DNA of 64,000 bases from an uncultured Chloroflexia bacterium (GTDB lineage Bacteria; Chloroflexota; UBA6077; JACCZL01), in NCBI GenBank assembly GCA_963765765.1, contig CAVXYC010000028.1:96001-160000 (forward strand). Reading direction: 5' to 3'. The translations under genes and the position numbers were made by a program. Below are positions 1 through 9,943 of this stretch, in pieces (the first letter of the stretch is position 1; each line of letters opens with the position of its first letter). Below the pieces are notes generated by a model, which saw only the letters and a list, made by a program, of their open reading frames with translations, made no database searches and was not told the origin of the DNA.

Positions 1-395
1 TCCACGCTGCGGCAGCGAACAGCGCATCAGTTGCCGCCGCTGCTGAAACGAGCGCTCAGCCCGTGGCTTCATCGGTGGTCTCGCCGTTAGGGGGCTCGCC
101 CACGAGTCAGCCGGCTGGGGCACCGCCTGTCATTGTGCCCACACCGTCAGGTCCGAATGGCGCCCAGGTATCGGAGTCGTTTCCCTCTACTGTGACACGC
201 TCAACAGAAGCATCCGCCGACGACATCGTGTACACCCCCTTCGCTTTGTCAATCGGAGATGGCTTCAAGTTCGGTTGTGGCGTCGTGCTGGCCTTGTTCG
301 TCACCGTCATGACCCTGGCCTTAGTGGCAGCCGTCGGCTTTCTTATTGCCAGCCTCGCGGGGTTCTCGATACCAATCGGGGCCGTGGGTAAATAG
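1..395 (+). CDS. Hypothetical membrane protein, 5'-truncated (Pro/Ser-rich linker, C-terminal hydrophobic helix)
   Basis: The frame of ORF 63..395 stays open back to the window edge; C-terminal hydrophobic segment FGCGVVLALFVTVMTLALVAAVGFLIASL. Confidence 0.6.
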   Translation, partial: HAAAANSASVAAAAETSAQPVASSVVSPLGGSPTSQPAGAPPVIVPTPSGPNGAQVSESFPSTVTRSTEASADDIVYTPFALSIGDGFKFGCGVVLALFVTVMTLALVAAVGFLIASLAGFSIPIGAVGK

Positions 396-482
396 AGTCA
401 AGGCGAACAAAGAGCGAAGAACCGGGGGAGGCACGAACTCTTCACCTGTCTCAGAGTGAGCTCAGCGTGGAAAGTGATCCGC

Positions 483-1067
483 TCAAGCGCTCACATCGTG
501 CGCCAGGAGAATCGCTTCAGCAACTTCGCGCATGGACTTACGGCTGTTCATGCTCAACTTCTGGATCTTTCGGAAGGCCTCGGTCTCTTTCAGACCCTGC
601 GCATCCATAAGCACACCCTTGGCGCGCTCCACCAGCTTGCGCGTCTCCAGAGCTTCCCGAGTGTCCCCTAGCTCCTGCTCCAACGAGCGGAACTCCTGGA
701 ACCGAGCGAGGGCTACTTCAATCGCCGGAACTAGCTCAGCTTCGCCAAACGGCTTCACGATGTAGCCCATCACACCGGATTCACGGGCGCGATCGACAAA
801 TTCGCGATCTGAGTAAGCGGTCAACAGGAGAACTGGCGCAACTCGCTCCTCGGCGAGGATTTTGGCTGCGCCAATCCCATCCAGCTCCCCGGGCATCTGA
901 ATATCCATGAGCAGCAGATCCGGCTTCAGCTCACGGGCAAGATTGATTGCACTGCGACCGTCGGAGGCTTCACCCACTACGAGGTAACCCTGGTTCTCGA
1001 GCATCTCCTTGAGGTCGAGGCGAACCAGCGATTCATCTTCAACAATCACGATGCGATGTTGTGCCAT
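483..1067 (-). CDS. pdtaR: ANTAR-domain response regulator (PdtaR/EutV-like)
   Basis: REC domain (IVIVEDE...LLLMDIQMP...LLLTAY...YIVKP) plus ANTAR (RKLVERAKGVLM...EAFRKIQKLSMNSRKSMREVAEAI); ATG at 1067 with GGAGA RBS. Confidence 0.9.
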   Translation of the reverse strand: MAQHRIVIVEDESLVRLDLKEMLENQGYLVVGEASDGRSAINLARELKPDLLLMDIQMPGELDGIGAAKILAEERVAPVLLLTAYSDREFVDRARESGVMGYIVKPFGEAELVPAIEVALARFQEFRSLEQELGDTREALETRKLVERAKGVLMDAQGLKETEAFRKIQKLSMNSRKSMREVAEAILLAHDVSA

Positions 1068-1094
1068 ATGTCTTCTCCCGGACAGCAACAAGTG

Positions 1095-2591
1095 CTAGTC
1101 AGTTGGCAGTTGCTCGGCTCGAGGAAAGGAGATCAAGGTACGCACTCCACCGTCGTTTTCGATGCTGAGATCGCCCTTGAGATCTTCCCGGACGAGTGTT
1201 CGAACGATCTGGAGTCCCAGCCCACCCCGATTGATGTCAAATCCTTCTGGAAGTCCTCGCCCATCGTCGCGGATATCGATAAGCATGCTATCGTCGGTCT
1301 CTTCGAGGCTCACGACTATCGTTCCTTCCGAGCGATCGGCGTAAGCATGCTCCACAGAATTCTGAAGTAGCTCATTGATGATGAGCGCACATGAGGTTGC
1401 CTGTTGAGCGGGCAACATGAAGAGCTTTTGGCCTTCCAGCTTGAGTGAGATGCGCTTGGCCGGATCCAATGTGCCTCTCGTCACCTCACCGAGGATTCGA
1501 TTGCACACTTCATGAATGTTGATTGCGCTCGTCTCGTCCTTGGAGAGAAACTCGTGAACGAATGCGACACTCAGGATGCGATTGATGGACTCCTGGAGCA
1601 GCGCGGCCACGTCTTCGGAGTCTGTGCGACGAGCCTGAAGTCGGAGCAAGGCAGCGATCGTCTGGAGATTATTCTTCACTCGGTGATGAATCTCCTGGAT
1701 CATCGCAGACTTGATCTTGAGCTCCTGCTCCTTTCGGGTCTCTTCGGTGATGTCCTGAATAGCGACGATTGCACCCGGGGCGACGTCGCGCAATCCAAGG
1801 AACCGTCCAACTAGACCATCACGATGGATCGGCACGATCGGAATCACTCTCTTGATCCAGATCTGGTCTTGCTCCTCGACCTGTTGCTCCATGCAGACAT
1901 TCCGTTCCATGGCTTTGAAACAGATGTATTCATTCGTCTCAAGGTCAGAAAGCTGAGTATCCACGATGGAATCTGGATAACCTAGTCGACGGTAAAGATG
2001 CTCAGCAACCACGGTGGTGTAGCGAATCTGGCCTCCCTTGTCGATGATCAGCACTCCATCGTGAAGACCAAGGCGCCCCAGTGCTTCGCCACCCTGCAAG
2101 AGGCCCAATCGAAGCATTTCCCGCACGTGCGCGATGGCTCGGCGGAACGTGATGTCGCGCTTTCGCTGACGCTCATGCTCCAGCATGGCCATCTCGCTCA
2201 CGAGTACGGCGATAACTCCGCGGTCACCCATGATCGGCATAGCCTCATGCATGGTAGGCACCCCGGAGATGACGATCGCTCGCTCGTGATGCGCGTTTGG
2301 AGCGTCGATACAGCGAAACACGAGCGGCGACTCGGCCCGTCCAACTCGCTTGCCAACCTGACTTTGCGAATATAGAGAGGGGACCGGGTGCGGCTGCGCA
2401 TGGACTACCACTTGCATCTCATCGCGATCCATGGGCACGAGCAACATGAGGTCCGCCGAGCTCAGGTCAGCGACCAACGGCATGTTGTCTAGCGCAAGGT
2501 GAAGCCGCTCTTGATCCTGCTCGGAAAGAGCGCTCAATGATGCCAATGAAACGACGCCGGCGGTAGGGTCAGCCGACACTCGAACAGCCAT
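1095..2591 (-). CDS. pdtaS: Cytoplasmic sensor histidine kinase, PdtaS/EutW-like (HisKA_2 type)
   Basis: N-terminal LVADLSSADL motif, H-box EIHHRVKNNLQ, N-box ELLQNSVEHA, DDGRG and GLGLQIV; no TM segment; adjacent to the ANTAR regulator. Confidence 0.88.
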   Translation of the reverse strand: MAVRVSADPTAGVVSLASLSALSEQDQERLHLALDNMPLVADLSSADLMLLVPMDRDEMQVVVHAQPHPVPSLYSQSQVGKRVGRAESPLVFRCIDAPNAHHERAIVISGVPTMHEAMPIMGDRGVIAVLVSEMAMLEHERQRKRDITFRRAIAHVREMLRLGLLQGGEALGRLGLHDGVLIIDKGGQIRYTTVVAEHLYRRLGYPDSIVDTQLSDLETNEYICFKAMERNVCMEQQVEEQDQIWIKRVIPIVPIHRDGLVGRFLGLRDVAPGAIVAIQDITEETRKEQELKIKSAMIQEIHHRVKNNLQTIAALLRLQARRTDSEDVAALLQESINRILSVAFVHEFLSKDETSAINIHEVCNRILGEVTRGTLDPAKRISLKLEGQKLFMLPAQQATSCALIINELLQNSVEHAYADRSEGTIVVSLEETDDSMLIDIRDDGRGLPEGFDINRGGLGLQIVRTLVREDLKGDLSIENDGGVRTLISFPRAEQLPTD

Positions 2592-2625
2592 GGTCCGTCA
2601 GCCTAACAATCAGAAAGGCGACAGA

Positions 2626-3225
2626 CTACTCGAAGAACTTGAGCAGGCCGAGCGCCGAATTTCCTAGGAGTGCAAGAGAAGTGTACTTGATCGTATTGCC
2701 GATCAGGCAGGCCAGAAATACTCTACTGATCGGAAGAGCAAGTGAGCCGGCGATCACTCCGATTGCGTCAAAGAATGGATTCGGGAAACTAGCAAACAGT
2801 AACACGGTGATGAATCCATTTTTCTTCATCCAATCCTCAGCGCGCGTCCACCACTTGCCACGCCGAGTCTCAATTGCCTCTCGGCTACCGAGCCCGACGA
2901 TGTAACCTGTCATCTCTCCAATTGAGCTTCCCAATCCGGCAAATGGTCCAACAACCCAGGGATTGATCATGGTTCCCGCACCGAGGACGGCAGCGAAGCC
3001 TGGTGCTGGCAAAAGCACCGTCGCGCTGGAGAAGAACATGATCAGAGAGATGCCGGGATAGCCGTATTGGAGCAACATCATCGGATCCATGCCGTTGGCG
3101 AAGGCCACACCAATTCCGACCATGAACGCGATCAGAAGAACGACGGCGGCTACCCAGATCCACCGAACGGTGGTCCTATGCGATCGCTTGGAAGCGGCGG
3201 GAAAGCCGGTGGATGTCGCGGCCAT
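2626..3225 (-). CDS. VTT/DedA (TVP38/TMEM64-like) membrane protein
   Basis: Hydrophobic; motifs LLPAPG, GSSIGEMTGY and PNPFFDAIGVIAG. Confidence 0.8.
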   Translation of the reverse strand: MAATSTGFPAASKRSHRTTVRWIWVAAVVLLIAFMVGIGVAFANGMDPMMLLQYGYPGISLIMFFSSATVLLPAPGFAAVLGAGTMINPWVVGPFAGLGSSIGEMTGYIVGLGSREAIETRRGKWWTRAEDWMKKNGFITVLLFASFPNPFFDAIGVIAGSLALPISRVFLACLIGNTIKYTSLALLGNSALGLLKFFE

Positions 3226-3312
3226 TTCACCGCCCTGGTTGAACAAGCGACCCTCGTGCCAAGTGGATTCGATGGTTCATGATAGCCATGGCGCATCCGT
3301 CATGCAACTGAT

Positions 3313-3348
3313 ATTACCGACTTGACTTAGATTACCGACCTGACTTAG
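3313..3348. repeat. 18-bp tandem direct repeat, 2 copies, 1 mismatch, in a divergent intergenic region
   Basis: ATTACCGACTTGACTTAG followed immediately by ATTACCGACCTGACTTAG. Confidence 0.9.
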
Positions 3349-3510
3349 CAGCCAGCTTTACTACCGTGCACCCCGGCACTCTAATCGCGATCGAGAGATC
3401 ACTCGAACTGCGAGAAGGTCCTGCGCGGAAAGGAGTGGAGCAGAAGTAATCTGCGCGTTCAGATCTGTCAGGCAATAGGTCCCGCATGGTAGCATCGCGC
3501 AAGGTACATC

Positions 3511-3846
3511 ATGATCTTTGTTGACTTTCTAGGGTCCAAATCTGCCTTCGAATCACTCCAGGAGGGTGTGGCGGAAGAGATTGCCGCGGCCCTCCGATCG
3601 TCGCGCTCGAGCGTCGTCATTCGGCGCATTGTGGTCGATCCTGAGCCCACGGAGATCGAGCTGTGGGTTGAGCTCAGCTCCGATGAGCAGTTCGTGCGCT
3701 ATGGCCGAACCATCGCAGAACGAGTGGCCGAACGAATCCGTTCAGATGGCAGCTCGGATGTCTGGGTGATGTTTCGAATCGTCCCACTGAGCCACGCGTT
3801 CCTAAACGGCCAGCCCCGAGCGCGCGGACGAGCGACGCTCGACTGA
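3511..3846 (+). CDS. Hypothetical protein
   Basis: 111-aa ATG ORF filling the intergenic space; globular composition. Confidence 0.65.
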   Translation: MIFVDFLGSKSAFESLQEGVAEEIAAALRSSRSSVVIRRIVVDPEPTEIELWVELSSDEQFVRYGRTIAERVAERIRSDGSSDVWVMFRIVPLSHAFLNGQPRARGRATLD

Positions 3847-3863
3847 GACGACGAGTCCGAGGG

Positions 3864-5798
3864 CTACGGGATCGGCGCCTGGGTCTGGCGCGCGGGAGTC
3901 GGGGCTGGTGTTGATGCGGATCCGCCCTGGTCCATCTGTGGCAGTTTGAAATATTGCCGGATAATCCGCATTGCGATGGGCGCGGCGTTCTTACTGCCCG
4001 TGCCCTTCTCCACAAAGACCGTGACCGAGATCTCAGGATCTTCCGCGGGTGCCAAGCCAGTGAACCAGCCATGCGTTGGTAGCGCGCCATTCGTGTCGCG
4101 AGGCCCTGTGTATTCACCAGTTCCGGTCTTGCCAGCGATACGCAGCTCCGGCACGCGATAATCCTTGAGAAGCTGGCCCGCGAACCCAGCCTCCATGCCT
4201 TCCAGAATCGTGGCCCGGTGCTGAGGCGACATGTCGATATCTCGAATGACCTGAGGAGGTACCGTGCGCACTTGCTGTCGGTCCGTATCCGCGATCTCTT
4301 TCACCAGACGCGGCCGAACAAGCTTCCCTCCGTTCGCCAGCGCGTTGGTGAAATTGGCTACCTGAAGCGGTGTTGACAACACGTATCCCTGACCAATGGA
4401 CATGTTGTACGTGTCACCCTTGACCCACCGCTCTCCGCGTCGCTGAAGCTTCCAGGCTTCATCTGGAATGACTCCAGCCGCTTCATTGGGTATGTCTATA
4501 CCCGTCATGCTTCCGTAGCCGTACTGGCGCGCGTATGCCGCGAGTCGCTCGTTGCCGAGTCCTTGAAAGCGCTCGGGCTCGTAGCCGCCCCCGAGATAGA
4601 AGAAATACACATTGGACGAGTTTGCGAGGCCGCCAATCATATTGAGTCGGCCCAAGACGGACCAATCGGGGAAGATCTGCCGATAGTTCGGGTCGTACTC
4701 GCTCGGCACGAAAATCGCACCCTTGCTCTCGATCACCGTATTGCGGTTTGCAATGCCGTCCTTCAACGCCGCCGCGGCAGTCACCAATTTGAACGTGGAC
4801 CCAGGTGGGTACAGTCCAGACGCGGCTCGATGGAAGAATGGCTGAGAAGGGTCCTTGAATAGCTGTTCAAGCTCGTCTTCACGATCATCGTCAGCAAAGA
4901 TGTTGTCGTCGTAAGTCGGCAAGCTCATCATCGCGAGGATGTCGCCGGTCTTCGGATTCATAACGACAGCAACGCCAGTGGTCTCGCCGTTCAGCCCCTC
5001 CTGGAGTATGCGAGACACTTCTCGCTGCAGGTCCAGGTCTACGCTGAGAATGAGATTGCGCCCAGGATCTGGGTTTTCAATCCGAATTTCGTTCACCGGT
5101 CGTCCACTAGCCTCGACCTCATACATCCTGCGACCAGGCTGCCCGCGCATCACGCTTTCGTACTGCTCTTCGAGACCGGCCGCGCCGATGCGGTCATTGA
5201 TCGTGTAGCCTTCTCGATCGATCTTCGAGCGGTATTCTGCTGGCGACAGTAAAGTAGGTGAGATGAGACCGGTGTACCCCAGCAGGTGCGCGAGTAACGG
5301 GCCCTCGCTGTATTTTCGGGTGGACTCTACGCTGATAACCACTCCTGGCAGCTCTTCATGACGCTCTTCAATACGGAGTGCCGCGGTGCGCTCGACGTTG
5401 TACTTCACTGGAATAGGCGTGAAGAGATCGTCGTCAGATCGGCGTCGCTCGATGACCCGTCGAAGGTCGATGGGCGACATGCTGAGAAGCGCCGCGAGAC
5501 GGTCGTAAATCTCGGTTTCACGGCGAGCTGGAATATCAGCCGGAACGATGGATGCGACGAAAATCGGAGCATTGGATGCGAGAAGCTGACCGCGACGATC
5601 GTAAATGACGCCGCGGGGAGGCTTGATTGCGCTCACACGAACGCGGTTGTTGTCCGCTTTCTGGCGAAAATTCGGGCCGTCAACGATCTGGAGTCGCCAG
5701 AGCTGGGCTCCAAGGATGAGAAAAGATATGACTACCGCGGCTCGGAAGAGGTTCGCCGGCAGTCTCGGCGCGCCCGTTCGCTCAGATGCATCAAGCAT
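3864..5798 (-). CDS. mrdA: Penicillin-binding protein 2 (class B transpeptidase)
   Basis: N-terminal TM, PPRGVIYDRRG, GAAGLE, catalytic STFK, SSN and KTGT motifs. Confidence 0.92.
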   Translation of the reverse strand: MLDASERTGAPRLPANLFRAAVVISFLILGAQLWRLQIVDGPNFRQKADNNRVRVSAIKPPRGVIYDRRGQLLASNAPIFVASIVPADIPARRETEIYDRLAALLSMSPIDLRRVIERRRSDDDLFTPIPVKYNVERTAALRIEERHEELPGVVISVESTRKYSEGPLLAHLLGYTGLISPTLLSPAEYRSKIDREGYTINDRIGAAGLEEQYESVMRGQPGRRMYEVEASGRPVNEIRIENPDPGRNLILSVDLDLQREVSRILQEGLNGETTGVAVVMNPKTGDILAMMSLPTYDDNIFADDDREDELEQLFKDPSQPFFHRAASGLYPPGSTFKLVTAAAALKDGIANRNTVIESKGAIFVPSEYDPNYRQIFPDWSVLGRLNMIGGLANSSNVYFFYLGGGYEPERFQGLGNERLAAYARQYGYGSMTGIDIPNEAAGVIPDEAWKLQRRGERWVKGDTYNMSIGQGYVLSTPLQVANFTNALANGGKLVRPRLVKEIADTDRQQVRTVPPQVIRDIDMSPQHRATILEGMEAGFAGQLLKDYRVPELRIAGKTGTGEYTGPRDTNGALPTHGWFTGLAPAEDPEISVTVFVEKGTGSKNAAPIAMRIIRQYFKLPQMDQGGSASTPAPTPARQTQAPIP

Positions 5799-5946
5799 GA
5801 ATGATCCTAGAACAGGCCCAATTCTACAGGAGAGATGACTTGAGGGGACAACCAGATCATGATGTCCATCGACCACATGAAGGAGTAAGCGCTATCGGTC
5901 CTGATCCGTATAATCGGCGGTCAGATGCTTCCCGGGGAGGCCCAGT

Positions 5947-7068
5947 GTGATCCGCCGAATCGGAATTCTGAGTGGTGGCGGGGATTGTCCCGGTATCAAC
6001 GCCGTCATCCGAGCTGTCACGTATTCATCCATCGTGTCCCATGGCTGGGAGGTCGTGGGTATCGAAGATGGCTATGAAGGCTTGCTCAGGCGTGAGGGCA
6101 CTCGGCGACTTCGTGTCTCCAATGTGCGAGGAATTCTCGCTCAGGGTGGAACAATTCTCGGAACGACGAATCGTTCCAACCCATTCGCCTATGTATCTGA
6201 AAAAAATGGGGAGGTCGTCACTGATGACCGTTCAGGCGATGTTCTGAAGGCGATCAGCGACCAAGGCTTGGACGCATTGGTTGCGATCGGGGGGGACGGT
6301 TCGCTCACGATCGCTCAGCAGTTCTCCGATCTTGGCGTTCCGGTCGTGGGCGTTCCGAAGACGATCGATAACGATCTCGCATGCACGGACTACACGTTTG
6401 GATTTCATACGGCAGTGGAAGTCGCCACGCATGCTTTGGACCGATTGCACACCACCGCGGAAAGTCATCATCGAGCCATGATTCTCGAGGTGATGGGTCG
6501 GGATGCCGGCTGGATTGCACTGGAGAGTGGAATCGCCGGGGGCGCCCACGCGATTCTCATTCCTGAGATTCCCTTCGATATCGAAGTGGTCAGTGAGTTC
6601 ATCCGATATCGGGAACGCGATCTGGGGACCAAATACAGCGTCATCGTGATAGCCGAGGGTAGTGTGATTCCGGGATTAGGGCAGGTGATGGAGCCTGCCA
6701 CGGTGCCGGGAGCCGCCGCTCGGCTCTCTGGCGTCTGTGCCTGGCTTGCCGGACAAGTGGGAGCGCGAACGGGCGTTGAATTGCGCACCACGATTCTCGG
6801 CCACCTGCAACGAGGCGGCACTCCGAATGCTGTTGATCGGATTCTGGCCACCAGATTTGGTGCGGCGGCGGTTGAGCTCGTGGCGTCCGAGCAGTTCGGC
6901 CGGATGGTTGCGCTTCGAGGCCAGGAGATAGTCAACGTGCCGATTTGTGACGCCGTTGGATCAGTGCGTAAAGTGCCGCAGGATCACCAGCTTGTGAGGC
7001 AGGCCCGTGAGATTGGCGTGTGCTTCGGAGACCGTCTCCCGCCTAGAGCGAACCGCCAGAGAAAGTAG
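5947..7068 (+). CDS. pfkA: 6-phosphofructokinase
   Basis: GGDCPGINA, GGTILGT, GGDGS, PKTIDND, EVMGRDAGWIA, LGHLQRGG. Confidence 0.95.
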   Translation: MIRRIGILSGGGDCPGINAVIRAVTYSSIVSHGWEVVGIEDGYEGLLRREGTRRLRVSNVRGILAQGGTILGTTNRSNPFAYVSEKNGEVVTDDRSGDVLKAISDQGLDALVAIGGDGSLTIAQQFSDLGVPVVGVPKTIDNDLACTDYTFGFHTAVEVATHALDRLHTTAESHHRAMILEVMGRDAGWIALESGIAGGAHAILIPEIPFDIEVVSEFIRYRERDLGTKYSVIVIAEGSVIPGLGQVMEPATVPGAAARLSGVCAWLAGQVGARTGVELRTTILGHLQRGGTPNAVDRILATRFGAAAVELVASEQFGRMVALRGQEIVNVPICDAVGSVRKVPQDHQLVRQAREIGVCFGDRLPPRANRQRK

Positions 7069-7070
7069 TA

Positions 7071-7149
7071 AAGAGTGAAAAAGTTAAGCGTGAAGAACTC
7101 GGCTTTTCACAGAGCTACCGAATTCCTTCACGCTTAGCTTTTCACTCTT
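7071..7149. terminator. Long inverted repeat between convergent pfkA and ftsZ; probable bidirectional terminator
   Basis: AAGAGTGAAAAAGTTAAGCGTGAAG (7071-7095) pairs with CTTCACGCTTAGCTTTTCACTCTT (7126-7149). Confidence 0.7.
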
Positions 7150-7166
7150 CATTCGCTGGCGAGCGT

Positions 7167-8348
7167 TCAGTCGTCCTGGATTGAACCGCTCCGACGTCGA
7201 AGGAACGACGGTGCGTCAAAATCGTCATTTGACTGTTCTCGCTCCGCCCTCGTCTGCCGGGGCGACCGACTCATGGAGTCCACGGACGTTTGCTCCCGAC
7301 GCCGGTCTGCTTGCTTCTTCAGACCAGTTGCAATGACGGTGATCTTTATATCAGGCTGCGGATGGGGATTGACAACAGCGCCAAAGATGATGTTTGCTGA
7401 TTCGTCGACTGCTTCTCTGACTGCATCGGCGGCATCGGCAACCTCGCTCAGTGCCAGATCCGGACCGCCAGTGATGTTCAAAAGGACGCCACGGGCACCT
7501 TCAATTGAAACGTCGAGAAGCGGGCTATTGAGCGCGGCGCGGGCCGCCTGGACCGCTCGGTCTTCACCACGAGCCTCGCCAATGGCCATGAGCGCAGGAC
7601 CCGAGTCAGACATGATCGACTTGACGTCCGCAAAGTCCAGATTGATGAGCCCAGTCATTGTTACCAGGTCTGAAATACCCTGGATACCCTGACGAAGAAC
7701 GTCATCCGCCATCTTGAATGCGTCCACCACGGTCATGCGAACGTCACCCAGCCGGAGCAGCTTGTCGTTCGGGATAACGATGAGGGCATCGACCTCATTT
7801 CGAAGTCGCTCCACTCCCTCGGCCGCGATGCGAGCACGTTTCGCACCTTCGAACCGAAATGGCAGCGTTACGATTCCGACGGTGAGAGCGTGAGTCTGTT
7901 GGCGTGCAATCCGAGCAATCGTTGGCGCGGCGCCAGTCCCCGTTCCGCCCCCCATGCCAGCGGTAACAAAGATCATGTCAGCGCCGCTGAGCGTTCCAGC
8001 CAGCTCATCTTGTTCGATCTCGGCTGCCCGCTCGCCCGCGCTCGGGTCGCCGCCGGCACCCAGGCCGCGGGTGGATCTGGCACCGATGATGATCTTTCGA
8101 TAGGCGTTGGAGGCTGCCAACGCCTGTGCGTCGGTATTTACTGCTATGAACTCGACACCTTGCACACTGGCGTCCACCATGCGGTTCACAGCGTTCCCGC
8201 CGCCCCCGCCTACACCTACGATCTTGACCTCGGTAAAGCCCTTTGCAGGAGAGGACAGTGGCGAATCGATGATTCGCGGAACCACTGCTTCCTGTCGAGA
8301 CAGGTCAAGAACCCGCCCGGGGTCAAACCCACCGCTAAGCTTGGACAC
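7167..8348 (-). CDS. ftsZ: Cell division GTPase FtsZ
   Basis: GVGGGGGNAV, GGGTGTG tubulin signature, INLDFADV T7 loop, C-terminal DAPSFLRR peptide; GTG start at 8348 behind GGAGGAGG. Confidence 0.95.
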   Translation of the reverse strand: MSKLSGGFDPGRVLDLSRQEAVVPRIIDSPLSSPAKGFTEVKIVGVGGGGGNAVNRMVDASVQGVEFIAVNTDAQALAASNAYRKIIIGARSTRGLGAGGDPSAGERAAEIEQDELAGTLSGADMIFVTAGMGGGTGTGAAPTIARIARQQTHALTVGIVTLPFRFEGAKRARIAAEGVERLRNEVDALIVIPNDKLLRLGDVRMTVVDAFKMADDVLRQGIQGISDLVTMTGLINLDFADVKSIMSDSGPALMAIGEARGEDRAVQAARAALNSPLLDVSIEGARGVLLNITGGPDLALSEVADAADAVREAVDESANIIFGAVVNPHPQPDIKITVIATGLKKQADRRREQTSVDSMSRSPRQTRAEREQSNDDFDAPSFLRRRSGSIQDD

Positions 8349-9102
8349 GGCGAATGACCTCCTCCGCGAGCGTGGTATAGATATCGACGGCTTTATCGGC
8401 ACCGGAATATTGGAACACCGAAGTTCCGGCCGATCCTGCTTCAAGAATCTTGCTGTTTGTCCCAACTTCAACGTCGAACACCTTACCGCTCCATCGCTCA
8501 CGTAGATATTCGGACACCTGGCGCTCTTCGCGTAGTCTGCGGTCCAATTTGCTTAGCACAATGCCTAACACTTTGAGTCGGGGATTCAGATAAAGGATCT
8601 CCTGGATGCTTTCCTCGAGCATCTGAAGACCCTGTAGTGAGAAGAATCGCGCTTCTGTTGGAATAACCACCTGGGTAGCCGCCACAAGCCCGTTGATGGT
8701 TAGAAGTCCAAGAGATGGGGGAGTGTCAATCAAGATGAAGTCGTACCTGGAATCCACCTGCAGTAAATGATCTCTCAGCCGCAGCTCGCGTCCCAGCTTG
8801 TTCATCAGGGCCGCCTCTGCGCTGGCCAAAGGGACCGACGCTGGCACAACGTCCAGCTTCTTGACGCCGCCGTTCTCCACGGGCAGCACGGGCAACGGGA
8901 AATTCCTGTCAAGCAGGGAGTCAGCAACCGTATGAGTGACGCGCTTCTCAAGCCCGAATGCGCTGGTCAGATTTCCCTGCGGGTCCATGTCAACCAGCAG
9001 GACGCGCTTGTCTCGGCGAGCCAACGCGGCACCTAGATTGGCCGTCGTGGTAGTCTTGCCGACACCGCCTTTTTGATTGGCGATGGCGATCACAGTCGCC
9101 AC
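8335..9102 (-). CDS. parA: ParA/Soj family ATPase
   Basis: Deviant Walker A NQKGGVGKTT, VDMDPQGN, IDTPPSLG; stop overlaps the ftsZ start. Confidence 0.9.
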   Translation of the reverse strand: MATVIAIANQKGGVGKTTTTANLGAALARRDKRVLLVDMDPQGNLTSAFGLEKRVTHTVADSLLDRNFPLPVLPVENGGVKKLDVVPASVPLASAEAALMNKLGRELRLRDHLLQVDSRYDFILIDTPPSLGLLTINGLVAATQVVIPTEARFFSLQGLQMLEESIQEILYLNPRLKVLGIVLSKLDRRLREERQVSEYLRERWSGKVFDVEVGTNSKILEAGSAGTSVFQYSGADKAVDIYTTLAEEVIRRVQA

Positions 9103-9283
9103 ATATTTCTCCGTTCTTCTAAACAGAAGAATAACATTCGAAATGGTAGCACGGGCGTCCTCACGTCGACAGTTGGATCGAGGCTGCCCGCACTTCGATT
9201 CCGTCTCAATTGTCAGCTCACAAGATGATTCGACCCTTTTCGGCAAATGTTGAGGGGAACGTTGTGGGGGATTGTCGTTTGCG

Positions 9284-9847
9284 ATGATTCAATGCCCGGG
9301 TTGCGGTGGACGAAATCCTGAGAATGCGGTCGTCTGCGACTGGTGCGCAAGGCCGCTCCGGGGAGCCAGCTCCCCGGAGCGTTCATCCCGACGAATCGGA
9401 CTCCCAATCGTTATCGGAGTTGTGCTGATCGCGAGCGCACTCGTGGCAGTCATCGCTCTGTCCTCTCTCTCACGAAGCGGAATCATCGCGACTCCCGTCG
9501 TAGTGGTCTCCAGTCCAATTCCCGCCGCGAGTCCACGCGCCATTGCCCCAACATCGATTCCAACAATCACACCCTTGCCACCCAGTACGCCTGTAGTCCG
9601 CAGCGCCAGAATCGTGAATACCAACGGTGAAGGCGCGTTGATAAGACGTGAGCCGTCGGTCAATGCCCCCAGCGCGGGGCTGGTGCGCGAGGACGGTGTA
9701 GTAATGCTTCTGGGCCCTGAGGAGACAGTCCAGGCACAAGTTTGGCGTCAGGTGGAAGACGCGCAAGGAAATCAGGGGTGGATCCGAGCTGACTACCTGG
9801 TTCAGGTCGAAGCCGCCAGTCCAATGCCGCTTGCTCCACCACCCTGA
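9284..9847 (+). CDS. Zinc-ribbon / TM / SH3-like domain protein
   Basis: CPGC...CDWC, a TM helix, a Pro/Thr linker, then ALIRREPS...WRQV...GWIRADYL typical of bacterial SH3. Confidence 0.75.
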   Translation: MIQCPGCGGRNPENAVVCDWCARPLRGASSPERSSRRIGLPIVIGVVLIASALVAVIALSSLSRSGIIATPVVVVSSPIPAASPRAIAPTSIPTITPLPPSTPVVRSARIVNTNGEGALIRREPSVNAPSAGLVREDGVVMLLGPEETVQAQVWRQVEDAQGNQGWIRADYLVQVEAASPMPLAPPP

Positions 9848-9943
9848 TATTGTGATCCGAAGGATTACCTAGGTAACAAGCTTTACGATGCTATAATCAG
9901 CGCAATCACACTGCCGAGTGACACCCTCCGCGACTCACCTGCC

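Noticed and set aside
3313-3348. CRISPR array
   Set aside because: Only two abutting 18-bp copies, no spacers, and no cas genes in the window
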